Shown one piece after another: positions 1 through 12,706 of a DNA stretch of 64,000 bases (its first letter is position 1; the number at the start of each line of letters is the position of its first letter). Source of the stretch: Caecitellus pseudoparvulus (Eukaryota; Protista; Bigyra: Bicosoecida). The stretch lies in assembly GCA_965644315.1 (NCBI GenBank), contig CBFFRQ010000018.1, positions 496,001 to 560,000 of the forward strand, read 5' to 3'. The position numbers were made by a program, and so were the translations under genes. The notes under the pieces are model-generated. The model made no database searches. It was not told the DNA's origin and saw only the letters and a list, made by a program, of their open reading frames with translations.

Positions 1-1141
1 CAGCTGCCGGATGTCTGCCTCTGTGATATCAAAGTATGGCGTGGATGGGAAGAAGATGCGAAGGGGGCTGAAGGGCGGGGAGCAGGTGGTGGAGGGCGGG
101 ATGACGCGACAGTGGTCCTTGAAGCCCTTGATCGCAAAGCGGGATGAGTCCAGGCCCATAAGGCCTTGCTCTATGCGTCAAATGTCCAGCACATGCTCGG
201 GGGTCCAGATCTGTGGAGAGGCAGCGTGAAGACGTCCAGAAGTTTCTGGGAGACGGATTTCAGGGCACGCCACCTCACGTTGCCTGCCTTGGCGCTGAAA
301 AAGACAATCATGGAGGTGAACTCCTCCGAGAGCGGGGGCTGGATGGCAGACTTGTTGACAGATGACTCCTCTTGGGCAACTTGCACCGCGTAGTACCTGG
401 TGGACAGAGGGCACGAAGGACGGCGGCATTGAAGTGGCTGGCGGGCAACATGCCGCAGCCGCGCGCCACGCACTGTTGCACCTCAGGCTCTCCGAGGGCT
501 AGCAGCTGCACAGCGCGGAAAGGAGAAAGGCGTGCATGTTCGTCGCGGGAATTGGGGGCTGTCTTTCTCGTGAAAGCTCAGACTATGCGAGGTGCAGGCT
601 GACTGGTTGCCACTCGACGAAGCCTCGATGAACGGCAGCCGCAGACGCCGCGTCGCAGCACACGGGAGGACATCGGCCGCAGCAAGGGAGCTAACTCACA
701 TTGCCAGCACTAGATCCACTTGTGCTCGATCCTGATACAATGCCGAGTGCCCACTGTGGAGGGGCGTGGGCGGAAGGCGTGACATAGCGGAAAATGCTTG
801 CGGCGGCCGAGGCGAAAGCCACAGACGGGGGCTGCTGCTTACCAGCGAAGCCAGGGCCAGGAGTAAGATACAAATGCCACCACACATGAGAAAGGGGTGT
901 GCCACTATGCATCCTGTGTACTTTTCCGTGCAAACCCTTGCCAGACTTGCGTCCTGCGAGGCGGCGTGCCAAAGGGGCGTTTCCTGGAACTCTCTCGGCG
1001 CAGACTGTCGGCACCGAAACTCACCTCGCTAGAGTCAGAGGGCTTGGACACTCTGCCAGGCGAAGAAGGCTGGGTGCTAGAAGGACCGTCCCCTGGGGCT
1101 GGGGCCACTTGCGGCCGCCTCGAGTCCGGACTCGACGACAT
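1..1141 (-). CDS. Patched/Dispatched-like (RND/sterol-sensing family) membrane protein, 5' part only, multi-exon, with an in-frame TGA at 178-180
   Basis: Manual splicing with consistent phases gives MSSSPDS...SDSSE|DASLARVCTEKYTGCIVAHPFLMCGGICILLLALASL|WALGIVSG...AGN|LLALGEPEVQ|QYYAVQVAQEE...MIVFFSAKAGN|IWTPEHVLDI*RIEQG...FKDHCRVIPPSTTCSPPFSPLRIFF. An N-terminal TM helix followed by a 'GN.WTPEH...IE...C...C.PP.S' luminal segment resembles Dispatched/PTCHD proteins. The gene runs off the left edge. Confidence 0.5.
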
Positions 1142-1501
1142 GATGTCTGATTGGTGCCGATGTGTGGCGTGTGCTGAGTGGAGACACAGCGGTTGGATCT
1201 GTGGCGGCCTGCCAGAGGCTAGACCGTGCCAAGTATGCTCCTGCACAAACAGTGGCAAGCTAGCTGCGGGAGGTGCTACGAAGGCGGGGGAGGAAGAGGC
1301 TTGTGCAGAGTAGTGGAATTGCAAAGTGTGCGTCAGCGTGGGGGGGTCGACGTACGCGCACACCCCCCGCACACCCCGTGCCGCGTCGCCAACCTTCGGG
1401 TGCGGTCGTCTCCACGCCCGTTGCATTGCCAAGGGGGTGGGGAAAGCTATGGTCAAGAGCGTGAGTGGGAGCCCGCTTGCCACGCACTTGGGCAGCTCAG
1501 A

Positions 1502-4500
1502 TTAGCTTGACGGCGGACACAGCACCTGCAGGCCGTCCATGAGAGCCACAGTGTGCATGAGCCTGCCAAACAGAAAGATAGGAACCATGAGGGCAAAATC
1601 AAAGGGTGTGTATCCCTCGGGATCGTCTACTTGCCAGTCTGGCAGGGCATCGGCCTCGTCAGTGGCGGCAGCAGCGCCGTCACGACCGCTGGGTGGAATC
1701 TTCGCGGCAGGGGCTGCTGGGCTGCCTCCCACACGAGGACGCTTCGAGCCTCTACCACTGCGTGGTGGAAGGCTGTCAGAAGACACAATCGTGGGGAACT
1801 GCGGCTCCACCTTGCGGGCGGGGACGAGCTTGACGACGCGACGCCAGGTCGGATACCCTGCCTCAACGCTCATGCTTGCAAGCGTCAGAGACGTCCCAGG
1901 GCTTGGAATAGGGAGGTAGCTCCCCCCTGCTGCCTTGAGCAGCGGCGCGGCAGCAGCTTGCACGCTCGCGCTGTCGCCATACGAGTCAGCTGTTGCATCC
2001 TCCAGGTCGGCGGAGTTGGGACCATCCACGCCTGACGTACTGTCGGCGACAGAGCCCACCACACTGCTGCGTGTGTCATCTGGGCGGGGTGGCCTCATCC
2101 CTTGTTGGCTGCTGCTGTCAGCCTTTGCGGGCTGTGGTGCAGTGGCCGGTCCAGCTCGGTGGGGTGCTGATGGGAACAGCGCAAGGTCAGGCGGGTTCAG
2201 GCCTGACTCGGGGACAGGCTCGCAGCGTTGCTGGTGCAGGGACAGGGAGGGTGGCAGGCGTGTGAAGATGTCTGAGAACTTCTGCGCGACGACGCGGATG
2301 ATGGGGTCCAGGCTGGACGTGTTGTGCTGCGGCACAGAGTGGTCAGTCTCGTCGAACATCTCCAGCAGGTTGGGTAGGCGGGTCGGCACTTCCGGGCCAC
2401 CTTTGTTCACCCGCGACAGTCCAAAGGTTGCCGCCTGCAGGTGGGGCGTCGGGATGCTGGCTGCAACGTCGCCAGGCGTGCAAGTGGGGGGAGCGCCCCG
2501 CATCCAGTGCAGGCGGGCCGGCACCTCTGCTGCCACAGATATCCAAGTGGAGTCCGCCTGGGCTGGGGTGCCACTCTGCAACAAGAGCAGGGAGGGAGTG
2601 AACCGCTGCACATCTACAGGCCACCTCTCCACTGCCTTGTGCATGGCTGTCAGCACGCGGTGCAAGATGAAGTGCAGTGCTGAGGCCTGTGTGCGGGGCG
2701 GGCCTGCTGCCGGCTGAGGCGGAGGCAGCCCCATCAGACGAGCAGTTGCTGCTTTGGCTTCGTCCTCTGCTTCCCAAGCCGCAGCCAGGCGCTCTGCGTG
2801 GTGCTTGATGACAATGGAGCACATCTCCACCGCCAAGTCCCCGGCGAGCAGCTCGTTGTGAGAGTGGCCTGGGTGCCCGATAGTCGGCGGGCAGAATGCA
2901 GGGTGGCTCCAGGTGCTCATCGGCAGGGTTTTATGAAGACTGTCCCCGCCGTGGGCCTTCCATGCCGAGTGCAGGATGAGGGTGGCGCGGTTGGTGAAAA
3001 TGCGTGCGAGAGGCGGCGTGCACGCTGCGGACAGTTGCTGCTGCAGCGACTGGCCGCCGTCAGCCACAGACACAGTGCCCCCCATTCCCGTGTGCTCGGC
3101 ATTGAAGGGCACCCCAAAGGTGGTGTGGGCCAGCGCAGTGTCTGTGGCGGCCAGCTGGCGCAGAATACCCGGTGCCTTCGAAGACGCCGAGCTGGCGCTG
3201 TCCCCAGCAGATGACACAGAGCCGGCCGCCGCATCAGGCTGGCGCTGCGTGCTGGCTGCTAAGAAAGCCTTGGACGGCACACCCTGCGCAGTGGTGAATG
3301 GCAGTAGGTTCTCCGCCTGTGCCAGCGCTGGCTGGGCAAAGCTGCGCAGGCTTGGCAACGTTTGCCCCGCCCCGCGCTGCCCCTGTGAGCTGGGCTGGCT
3401 TCGCGCGCCGCGGCTGGAAGAAGCCTCCGACACATTGCTACCGAGATTGTCTGGAGGGGGCGTGGGTGCTGCTCGGGCGCGCGCCGAGGCAGTGGAGGCG
3501 GCACTGGGTGCGATCGAGCTGGAGGGTGGTGCGGAGCGCAATGCTTGGCTGAACTGCCGATGCCCCGAGGCAGCCTTGGCAAGAGGCTGCACAGGGTGCA
3601 TGACACTCTGAGGCTGCGGCCAGTGGTGGTGCAGCAACCTCGGCTGTGCGTGATGGCGGTTCACAGCCGCCACTGGGGCGGCAGGGTGTGCAGGGTGCCC
3701 CCTGCCTGCCAAGCTCGCCTGTGGCGGCTGCCCCCGCGGCAGGACCCACTGCTGCTGCTGCTGCTGTGGGGCGTGGTGATGGGCCTGGGGCAGACGGGTG
3801 CCAGGCAAGGCCTGGGGCGCGGGGGCTGGTTGCTGTCGCTGTTGCTGCAGGACAGGCACAGGCGGCCCGGCGCCCCCATTGTCGCCCCCGGTCTGGCTGG
3901 ACAGCACGGAGAGAGGGGGGCCTGACAGCACCGACCGCACCTGGTCGCCCTCCCCTGGCCGCCTGCCCACAGTCGTGAAGTGAGGTGAGGCCTGGGGCAT
4001 ACCTCGCTGCGACGGCGGCGCTGCGTGCATCCACCCCGCCTGCGGAGGCTGCCAGATGCCCATGCCAGCGCTGTCGTCAAACGAAGCGAGCCCTGCCACT
4101 CCCATGCGGGGAGGTGCAGGAGCAGGCACGGATTGGAGCAGGTGTGGCTGTGCTAGCATGGGGCTGGCTCCGTGCAGAGCAGGGCCTGCAAGTGGCACAT
4201 GCTGCACTGTTGTGCCTGCGGTGGGGTGCGGAGAAACGCAGGTTGCTGAAGAATGTGTCGGCGTTGCGCCAGTGGCAGGGCCGGAACGCACTGGAAAAGC
4301 CGTGACCTGGGTGAGGTGGAAAGCTGTGGAAGCTTCCTGCCTGAACAAGGTGCGCGTGGCTGGTTGGCACAGCGTGAGCCATGCCCACTTGGGGCTGAGC
4401 TGGCTGGCCTGTCACCGCAGGTGCGGATGCTTGCTTGGCTGCAGCCTGCGCTTCATAGTATCCCTTGGGTTTCCGGCCACGTTTCCGGCGAGTTCGCTCG

Positions 4501-4652
4501 ATGCAGTTGACATCCATCTTGGTGCACCTGGAACAGGGCCGCTGGCCGTCGCACTTGCGCTTGGAGGCGGCGCACGCCTCGCATGCGAGGTTCAGGCTCT
4601 TGCGCTCTGCCTTGATGGCGTGAGCGCCCCCCTGGCCAGCATCAGCAGACAT
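1502..4652 (-). CDS. Zn(II)2Cys6 (GAL4-like) binuclear cluster transcription factor, 2 exons
   Basis: ACEACAASKRKCDGQRPCSRCTKMDVNC matches CX2CX6CX5CX2CX6C and is followed by basic RRKRGRKPK. An intron GTGCGT...CCGCAG (about 4291-4218) joins it to the Q/P/A-rich ORF 1502-4348. Confidence 0.85.
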
Positions 4653-4938
4653 GGTGAGGGAAGCCTTCGCATACACCATTCACCGCGCAGCTCATGGAGG
4701 TGCGACGTTGGCTGGGAGGGAAGGCAGCGACGAGCGAGGCGAGTTGTCGGACAAATGTGAACGGGCGGAATTTGACGAAACCCCGCAAGTGACGTGAGCT
4801 CTCTCGGCAGTTGAGTTTGCATTGAGGAGGGCCCCCTGGGACAAGAGGCAACATGGCGTTCAGTTGTGCACAAAAAGCTTGCTGCCAACGTGTCGGCGAG
4901 CACCCGTGCCCTCAGGCAGCCAAGCACTTACCAGCCGC

Positions 4939-6817
4939 TTACAGGTCCTGGTTGTTGAGGACGCTCTGCAGCATGGCGTAGCCGAACTTGGGCTGGTACT
5001 CGGGCACCAGGTGGCCAGCCGCCTGGATGGTGGTGAAACCAAAGCCCTTGCCCTGGTCCCAGTACACGGCGTGTCCGGCCAGGGTGCCGTCCACGTACCA
5101 GGGGTGCCAGGCAGTCTTGGTGTCGTAGCCCATGCCGTAGGTCCACTCGACGTTGTCAGTCCAGGGGACGCAGTCGTCGAAGGCGCCGTTGTAGATGAGC
5201 ACGCGCATGTTCTCAATGAGGGTGGGGTAGATGTCACGGGGCTCGTTGGGCTCTGTGGAGGTGTAGGAGATCTTGCTGGTGCAGTCCACCCACTCGCCGA
5301 TCTTGCTGGCGGGCTGCATGTGCAGCGCAGCGCGGACCTTGGCGTCGTTGAAGTACTTGGTGTAGGTGTTGCCGGCAACGCAGGGGCCGTCGGTGGGGCC
5401 AGTGCCAGACAGGGCTGCGGCGCCGTGGCCGCTGACGGCCTGCAGAGGCTTGCCGTTGTACATGCCGCGGGCCCAAGCGACGCCCAGGAGCTTCTTCTCC
5501 AGCTCAGTGGCGGGGCGGTGCTTGAAGCGGGCGGCCAGGAAGGCCTCGAAGTCGGTGATCACCTCAGCGGGAGCATCGGCGTTGTTGCCCACGGTCCAGC
5601 CACGAGTGGCCTGGGAGGCAGCTCCGGTGTCGTCATCGCCAGCCAGGGCGCCGCACTCAACGTAGACATCGTAGATGTTGAACTTGCCCTGCTCGGTGTA
5701 GGACGCGGCGAGGGCCTCCTGGCACTGCAGAGAGGGGTTCACCCAGTCGTCGCAGCTGTCCTCGATAGCCTTCACGGTGGGGGGGGACAGGAAACCCTGC
5801 CCGTTCAGGAACTCGAAGTTGTACTTGGAGCCGCCGGCGCCGCAGGTGCCGACCTCGGTGCCGATGCAGCCGTTGCCGACAGCAATGCCCTTGAGGTTGA
5901 TGCTGCCGCCAGCCTTGTTGTGGGCGACCACCTGGGCGGCCAGGGTGGGGATGTAGATGCCGGCGTAGCTCTCGCCGGTGAAGTACAGGTCGTTGCTCTT
6001 CCACTCGGGGAACTTGTTGAAGAACTCTTGGAGTGCGTTGAAGTTGTCCACAGCGGTGGAGGTGTCGTTGTGGACGTACCCTGAGGAGGAGTCCGCGTAA
6101 GAGAAGCCCACGCCAGCGGGGTTCTCCACGTACACAGTGGTGGCCTCCTTGTTCCACCGCTCGGGGCGCTGGCGCAGGGAGAAGCCACCAGAGCTGTCCT
6201 TAGTGATGAAGAAGGGGCCGTTCTCAGTGGCAAAGCCACCCAGGGAGCTGCAGCCAGGGCCTCCGTTGAACCAGAAGACGACCTGAGGGATGGGCAGAGT
6301 GCAAGTGCAGTGCACCGCCATGGGCGATTCCGTCACACAAGGGGACCACGCACTGGGTCGTTGGCAGGGTCACTCTCGGACTCTGCGACGACGTAGCTCA
6401 GGTGCTTGCCGCCTGCAATGTCCAGGTATCCAGCGTACATGTCAGAGGGAAGGTCCCCGGACCAGCCTGAGGGGAGGAGGGAGATGGAGAAGTGCGGCAA
6501 CGTGGAATTCCAGCTCAATCCAAGAGCAGAGCAGGGAGCTTAAGAGGGCAAAAATCACAGCCCAGCATGGTGCATCATGTGGCCAAAGGCCATGAAATGC
6601 GTGCTAGTTGGTGCAGAGCCCTCAGTGCTCTCACGCCATGCAGGCGTGGCGAGGTCGGCCAGCGCCGCCACGCCCTGGCGCGGAGAAGCGACGGCTTGCA
6701 GGGCGCCCCTGGCTGCCGGCACGCACCTGGGAGGGAGGAAACCTTGTCAGGGGCATAGCCTGCCATGGCCGTGGAGGCCAGGGCGGCGGCAGCCAGCACT
6801 GCGGTGATGGTCTTCAT
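4939..6817 (-). CDS. Secreted serine carboxypeptidase (peptidase S10), 3 exons
   Basis: Signal peptide MKTITAVLAAAALASTAMA, then motifs YAGYL, WFNGGPGCSS, PAGVGFSY, catalytic GESYAG, IYNGAFD and AAGHLVP. Strong codon bias. Confidence 0.95.
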
Positions 6818-7237
6818 GGTGGTGTGTCAGTGAGGGAGCGGACACACGTGAAGGGACGTGCGAAGCGTAAGAGTCAGCGCATGGGGAGCATGCACTGTGG
6901 AAAATTTGTTTTGTACAAGTGGGAGGAATGCAGCAACGTCGTTTCACACGAAGCGGAGCGGCAGCTGAGGGGGGTTGAGGGGGGGGTGTTGCACCCGATC
7001 AACCTGCATGGATGCATTTCTAGAATGCCGAACGCGGCTGCGTGGAGACTTGGCTAGGAATTGCCCTAGTGCACCCATATCGCCGTATCTTGCGAGGCGT
7101 GCCTACTTGGCGCACGCCAGCCGTCTTGCCCTGCATGCCTTGCCTCCACAACATCAACCCCTCCCAAGCGAAGGCAAGCTGTGAAGCACGCCCGGGCACT
7201 GCAGGTCACCCAGCTGCTACAAGTGCAGGCGAGCACT

Positions 7238-9237
7238 TCACCGATCCTCTGCAGTCGCGGCGGCGCTGCCAGCTGTGTTGTAGGCGTCCACCATGCTGCT
7301 GGAGGACAGCTCGCCCTTGCTCCGGAACTCGGCCAGCTTCCACTCCAGCACCTGGTCGGCAAGTTCCTGGGTCAGCTTCGCGTCGCCCCGCCCGTACACG
7401 TTGCCCTGCACGCTCAGCATGAGCTTGGCGATGCCGCGCCCAGAGAAGCCCTCCGTGCGCTCGGCCACTCGGTCAAGCCACTCGTCGGAGAAACCGCTGT
7501 CCAGAATGATCTTCGCAGAGCGCTTGAAGCCCATGAGCCCGCCGACACCGCTGCCAGAGGAGCCTGCGTCTGTGATGTACTTCTTGAAGTACTGCCGCAC
7601 GAGGGCCTTGCGTGCCTCTGCGTCGGGCAGGTCAAACAACAGGCTCTCGTCCGTGCGGTCCAGCACGGCGCTGTCCAGGTCGCCAGGTCGGTTGGTGGCC
7701 AGCACCATCATGAATCGGTCCGACGCCTCGCCAGTGCGGAACAGCAACGCGTTCAGCGCGTTGCGCTGCTCCTCGCTCATGGCTGCCTTGCTGCGTGAGG
7801 CGAGGAAGGCATCCGCTTCGTCGATGAACAGCAGCATGCCGCGCTGCGAACGCTCTGCATAGTCAAAGAGCCGGTGCAGTTCCGTCACAGCTTCCTTGCC
7901 CAGGGGCCCCACGTCGCCGCCAGACATAATAGCGTAGTCCATGCCGCTGGACCGCGCCAGGCGCTTGGCCAGCATAGTCTTACCGGTCCCGGGGGGACCG
8001 TAGAACATCATGTGCCGGTAGGGAGCGCCGTTGGCGCGGGTGTTCCGCGTCGCCACTGCCAGGCGCTGCACGCGGTCGGCGATGTCCTTGCGCAGGATGA
8101 CGTCAGTGAGGCTCTCCCCTTCCCGCTGCACACCCCGCATGGAGTCGAACCAGTGCTTGGCCTGGCCACGCAAGGAGAAGCGCCCAGTGCTGGCAGAGGA
8201 CTCCCTCACGAGGGAGGGCGTCAGGAGGCGCTTCTCCAGGATGCGGCCGCCCACCCGCGCACCCTCCCGCATGGAGTAGATGCCCGCTGCCGCCAGGGAG
8301 ACGGCCAGGACGGTGCGGCCCACCCTGTCGCCGTCTGTGATGAAGCTGGACATGGTCGTGCCCAGCTCTGCAAAGAACGTCGTCACACCCGCCTTGATGG
8401 CAGAGACCTGCTGCTCGCCCTTCAGCTTGATCTGCCGCGCAAACACATCCTCGTTTTCGCGCTGCTCCTTGATGCGCCCCTCTGCTTCTGCAAGTGCACG
8501 TGCCTTCATGTTCTCGCGCTCCAGGGCCGCCCTATGCTCGTCTGTGCGCCGGCGCTGCTCCTGGATCTCCATCTCTGTCTTGCGCCGCAGTGCTTCACGC
8601 TGGGCTGCTGCGCGGTTCTGCATCTCAACCTTCGCCGCGTCGCGCTGGCGGGCCTTTGCATCCTCTTCTTGCAGCTTTTGAAGCGACAGGCGGTGGGAGT
8701 GGTCCGCGATTTCCTGCACGGGGCGGAGCGCGTGGAGGCGTGTGAGGGTGGCCCGCTCCCAGGCGTGGCTGCGTTGCCAACGTAACACGCTGCCTTGCGC
8801 CGGAGGCGGCGGCACACTGCCGCCGGCCACTACCCAACAAGGCGGTGCCGCGCCCCCCTGCACACATCACAGACACCACCTGCTTCACAACAACACCCCT
8901 ACACCCGCGCGTGCACAAGCCACGCTTGCTCTGACTCGCACAAAGACGCGGCGCAGGCAGAACATGCCGCAAACCCATTTCCGCGCGCACGCACCATCTG
9001 CTCTTGCTTCTTTTGCTGCATGGTCTTGCGCTGCTCCTCCCAACGCGCACGCTCAGCCTGCACGCCGTACGCAGCTCGCTCCTTCTCGTACTCAGCCTTC
9101 TTCTTCTCCTCCTCGGCAACCTTCAGCTTCTGCTCACGCTTGCTGAGCTCCATGATGGCCGAGACATTGCGGCTCTTCTCCAGCTCACGCGCAAACTTTG
9201 CTGCGCGCTCCAGCGCGTCGGCGTCGAATTGACTCAT
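7238..9237 (-). CDS. ATAD3: ATPase family AAA domain-containing protein 3 (mitochondrial), 2 exons
   Basis: FDADALERAAK N-terminus, coiled coil with AEAEGRIKEQRENED, PSLVRES, Walker A YGPPGTGKT, MSGGDVGPLG, Walker B FIDEADAFL and GFSGR. Confidence 0.95.
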
Positions 9238-9553
9238 GGCGGGCAAGTTGGGTGGAGACTGGGCGCTGTTTCAGCAGCCCTGGGAAAAGTCAGCCGCGCT
9301 CTGTGGCAGCTGGAGGGATCAGGAGGTGTCGCATTGGAAGGGCTTTGGTGGAGGTGAAAAGTGCCTCAATCTCACAGATGCTCATGACAAAGCATGGCCC
9401 TGCAGCCGGTCACCGGGCAAAATTCGGACGGCCAGTACCCTCCTCCATGATTCAAGTCACAAAATTTCCTTTCACGCCCCCGACTCTGCCCCGTGCACAC
9501 CCTGGCACTTGGATTGACCAGCCACCGCAGTCAATTTCCGCCACTGCTGCAGC

Positions 9554-10207
9554 ATGTTTGGCGGGGGCGGTGACAGTGGCAGCTCCGCTGCCAGGCGCAC
9601 CATTGTCTTCGGAGTCTGCATCGGTCTGGCCTTCATCCTGCTCCTCGTTGCCGGACTTGTGTCAAAGAACTGGCTGGGGTGCGTGGAGCGTCAGGCACGC
9701 CACAACGCCAGCGGCTGCAGCCAGACCGCACGTCCACCCCCGCCACCCCCTCACGCAGCATGATTATGCTGCTCCCACTCATCCTCGTCCCGGTACTCAT
9801 TATCATCTTGGAAGCCATGGGAGCAGGGGCTGCGACTGCGAGCTGTGCGTGCCATGGGCGGCGACTCCCGGCGCGGCGTGTTGACTGGAAATCTCGCCGT
9901 TTCCGCTGGTCACGCCCTGCCTCCTCCACACAGCCACCCCCGCAAAAACAGCCATGACCAACTTTGGACAGTGCACGTTTGGCTTCCTTATGTCTTGCCT
10001 CATCGGCCTTCCGGGTGAGTTGCGCAGGGCGCCACAGCTGCGGCTCTGGCCTCGGCACATCGCAGCTCCACCTCACCCCTCTCAGCTGTGCTGTTCCACA
10101 CCAACTCCATTGATGGCCTGAACTTTGGACTGTGGCTCGGTGCCACTGCCATTGCCATGGCGGGCTGTGTGTACTACTGGTCAGGACGCATGGACAAGGA
10201 GTTCTAG
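9554..10207 (+). CDS. VPS55: Vps55/LEPROT (OB-RGRP) family 4-TM endosomal protein, 4 exons
   Basis: The spliced product MFGGG...VCIGLAFILLLVAGLVSKNWLG|MIMLLPLILVPVL...|MTNFGQCTFGFLMSCLIGLP|AVLFHTNSIDGLNFGLWLGATAIAMAGCVYYW...EF* matches the NW and LP.VL.H...I pattern. Confidence 0.7.
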
Positions 10208-10665
10208 GCAGGCCCCAGTGCTTGTCGAGCACTGCCCGATCAGCTTCCTGATGCGGCAAGAATCGCTGCACACTGCCCCACGTGTCTGCCCTTCGCGGTC
10301 CATCATGCAGGGGGTCCCACCTGCCGTCCACATGACCGCAGTAGTCTGTGCCAAGGGCTGCTCAAGCCAGTTGCAGCCTCTTCAATGGGCGACTGGCTCC
10401 AAAGATTCAATTCACGCGCTCGAGATGAAAGCCGTGCGTCTTTTGCAGTTGTGCTGGCTTGCTGCAGAGCGCCATAGCGCCTCAGCACGTCCACGTCGCC
10501 ACAACCTTTCCAAGCGATAAGCCTTGCCACGCCAGCGCCCCTGACGACGGGGCACGTCATCCACCACGGGCACGCACCTGGTTTGTAGGGTGATACACTA
10601 GGCTCATGGCATTGCTTCCCACTTGCTCTCGGGCTCCCTGCTGGGTCCCTTCACTTCAGTCAGCG

Positions 10666-12557
10666 ATGAGCGCCGCCCTGCTGCGCCGTTTCAGCAGAGT
10701 TTCGCCAAGCCTCATTCAAACTTGCAAAGGGAAAAGCCCTGATCAGGTGCGCAAGCGCCAAGATCTGTGTTTTGTCACAAGCTTTGATCGTTGTCGGGCG
10801 TCTCCATGCCCGCCCCTCTATGTACCGCGCAGATCTCAGCTGCAGTGGGAGCGTTGCCAGCACTGGTGCTGAATGACACCCTGTCGCAGCCCAGCGTCGC
10901 CAGCACTGACGGCGCCCCAGGCGCCGTGGAAATGCTCGCCGACACGCGCGCTTCGCGGAAGAACCGAGAGGCACTTCTCAGCGCACTTTCCTCCCGTGCT
11001 GCCGACCTGTCGTGGGAGAACAAGGCAGTGCTGGTGCGCCTTCTGCAAGCCGAGAGCAGCACTCGCACCAGCCGGCGCATGCCCACCAGCAGCTCCAGAG
11101 CGGCCGCTGCTCTGCTGTGCGGCACGCAGCACGCTGAGCTGACCGCCATGAAAGAAGCCCTCAACGCTGGCTCTCTGCAGCATGACCTGGACGCCCTCGT
11201 GTTCCGGCACCTGCGCCGGCTCCCCGAGCAGCAAGCCCAAGTCTTGCAGCACTTCGCAGTGCAGGCTGACAGGACATACTCCGCGCCAGGGGCACCTCCT
11301 CGCCCCCTGCACCTCGTCACGGACTTCGACGACACCATCCAAGCTAACTGGCTGGACCGGCGGGTGCCTCGCGGCACAGTGTACCCAGGTGCACTGCAGT
11401 TCCTACGCGAGCTGCGCCACCGGCCGCACGCTGGCACGTCGCCCACGGCAGCCGCCGTGCACAGGCGCATGGCGGACAAGCCCCCCACTTCTGCTTCCAG
11501 TGGACAGTCTAAGACCGCCAAGCTGCAGGCATGGGTGCAGCGGGCGGCAACTGCGCTGCTCCGGCGTGATGCGGCCACGGGTCCAGAGGCTGAGTGGTCT
11601 GACGAGGCTGACTCATACGACGGCCTCAGTGGCAGTGACTCTGACAGTGACTCGAACACCGGCACACCCCTGCCCAAGGGATTGCCTGCGCCCCTGCCTG
11701 CTCGCAACGTGGACGACGCGGTGGAGGTGGCAGTGGGCTCGTCGGCCACCTCCGACGCCGCTTGGAGTCGACGGGAGGCCCTCTCCCGCGCACTGCATCC
11801 GCCCCACTCTGAGCCAGGCGCGACAGGAGAGACTCTGGGCAGCATCGTCGTCCTCACAGCGCGCCCAGCTGGCGCCCGCAACCTGATCAAGTCCAGGACA
11901 CTGCGGCACATCCGCGGGCTGGGCCTGGAGCCCGTGTCCCTGCTGGCTGGCAGCCTGCTGCACCTGACGTCGCTGTCCGCCATCGGCCAGCGCAAGTTCG
12001 ACAACCTGCAGCGCTTCTTCACGCTGTTCCCCGAGGCAGACGTGGTGCTGCTGGGGGACTCGGGGCAAGCTGACGCGGCGTTCATGGCGGCGGCAGCGAC
12101 GGCACATCCAGACAGGGTCCGGGCATGCTTCCTGCACGACATCGCACACCAGCAGCCCACCACAGGGGATGGAGGGCACAAGGCCCAGTACGCATTGGAC
12201 TGCGGTATGCGGCTGTTCCAGACGTACCCTGCCGCCGCCACGGCAGCGATGGGCGCGGGGCTGCTGTGCCCTGCCGCCGCCTTGCGGGTGGCAGCGGCCG
12301 CCAGCGTGGAGTTTGAGGAGCTGTGCCGAGGCTTGGGCAGGGCCCGCATCACGCAGGGGCTGGAAGGCGCCTTCCCACCGTACTTGCAAGAGCTGCTGCG
12401 CTCCACGGGGGCCGAGGGCGGCCCGCTGGGGCTGTCCAGCAGCCGGCCCGACCTGGGCAGCTCCCAGAAGTGGCAACAGCGCCTGACAGCCATGTGCGAG
12501 ACCTTGACGCAGGACGTGGCGCAGCTTGTCGCGGTATGTGCCGAGGCTAGCAGGTAG
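10666..12557 (+). CDS. APP1-like (DUF2183) HAD-superfamily phosphatidate phosphatase-like protein, 2 exons
   Basis: HAD motif I VTDFDDT, then TVYPGALQF, VLTARP, K in GQRKFDNL and motif IV LGDSGQAD. Probable short exon 1 MSAALLRRF...PDQ|. Confidence 0.75.
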
Positions 12558-12706
12558 GGTGCATTGGGAATGCAAGCGGGCGGCATTGGGCCGCCCGTCT
12601 GACGCCGAGTTTCGCATTTGCGCCGAGGGCGCCAAGGCGAACCCGAGCAGCAGGCGGAAGGTGGGGGGGGGCGCAGCCCAAGCCACACGCACGGCGCGGA
12701 GCCCGC

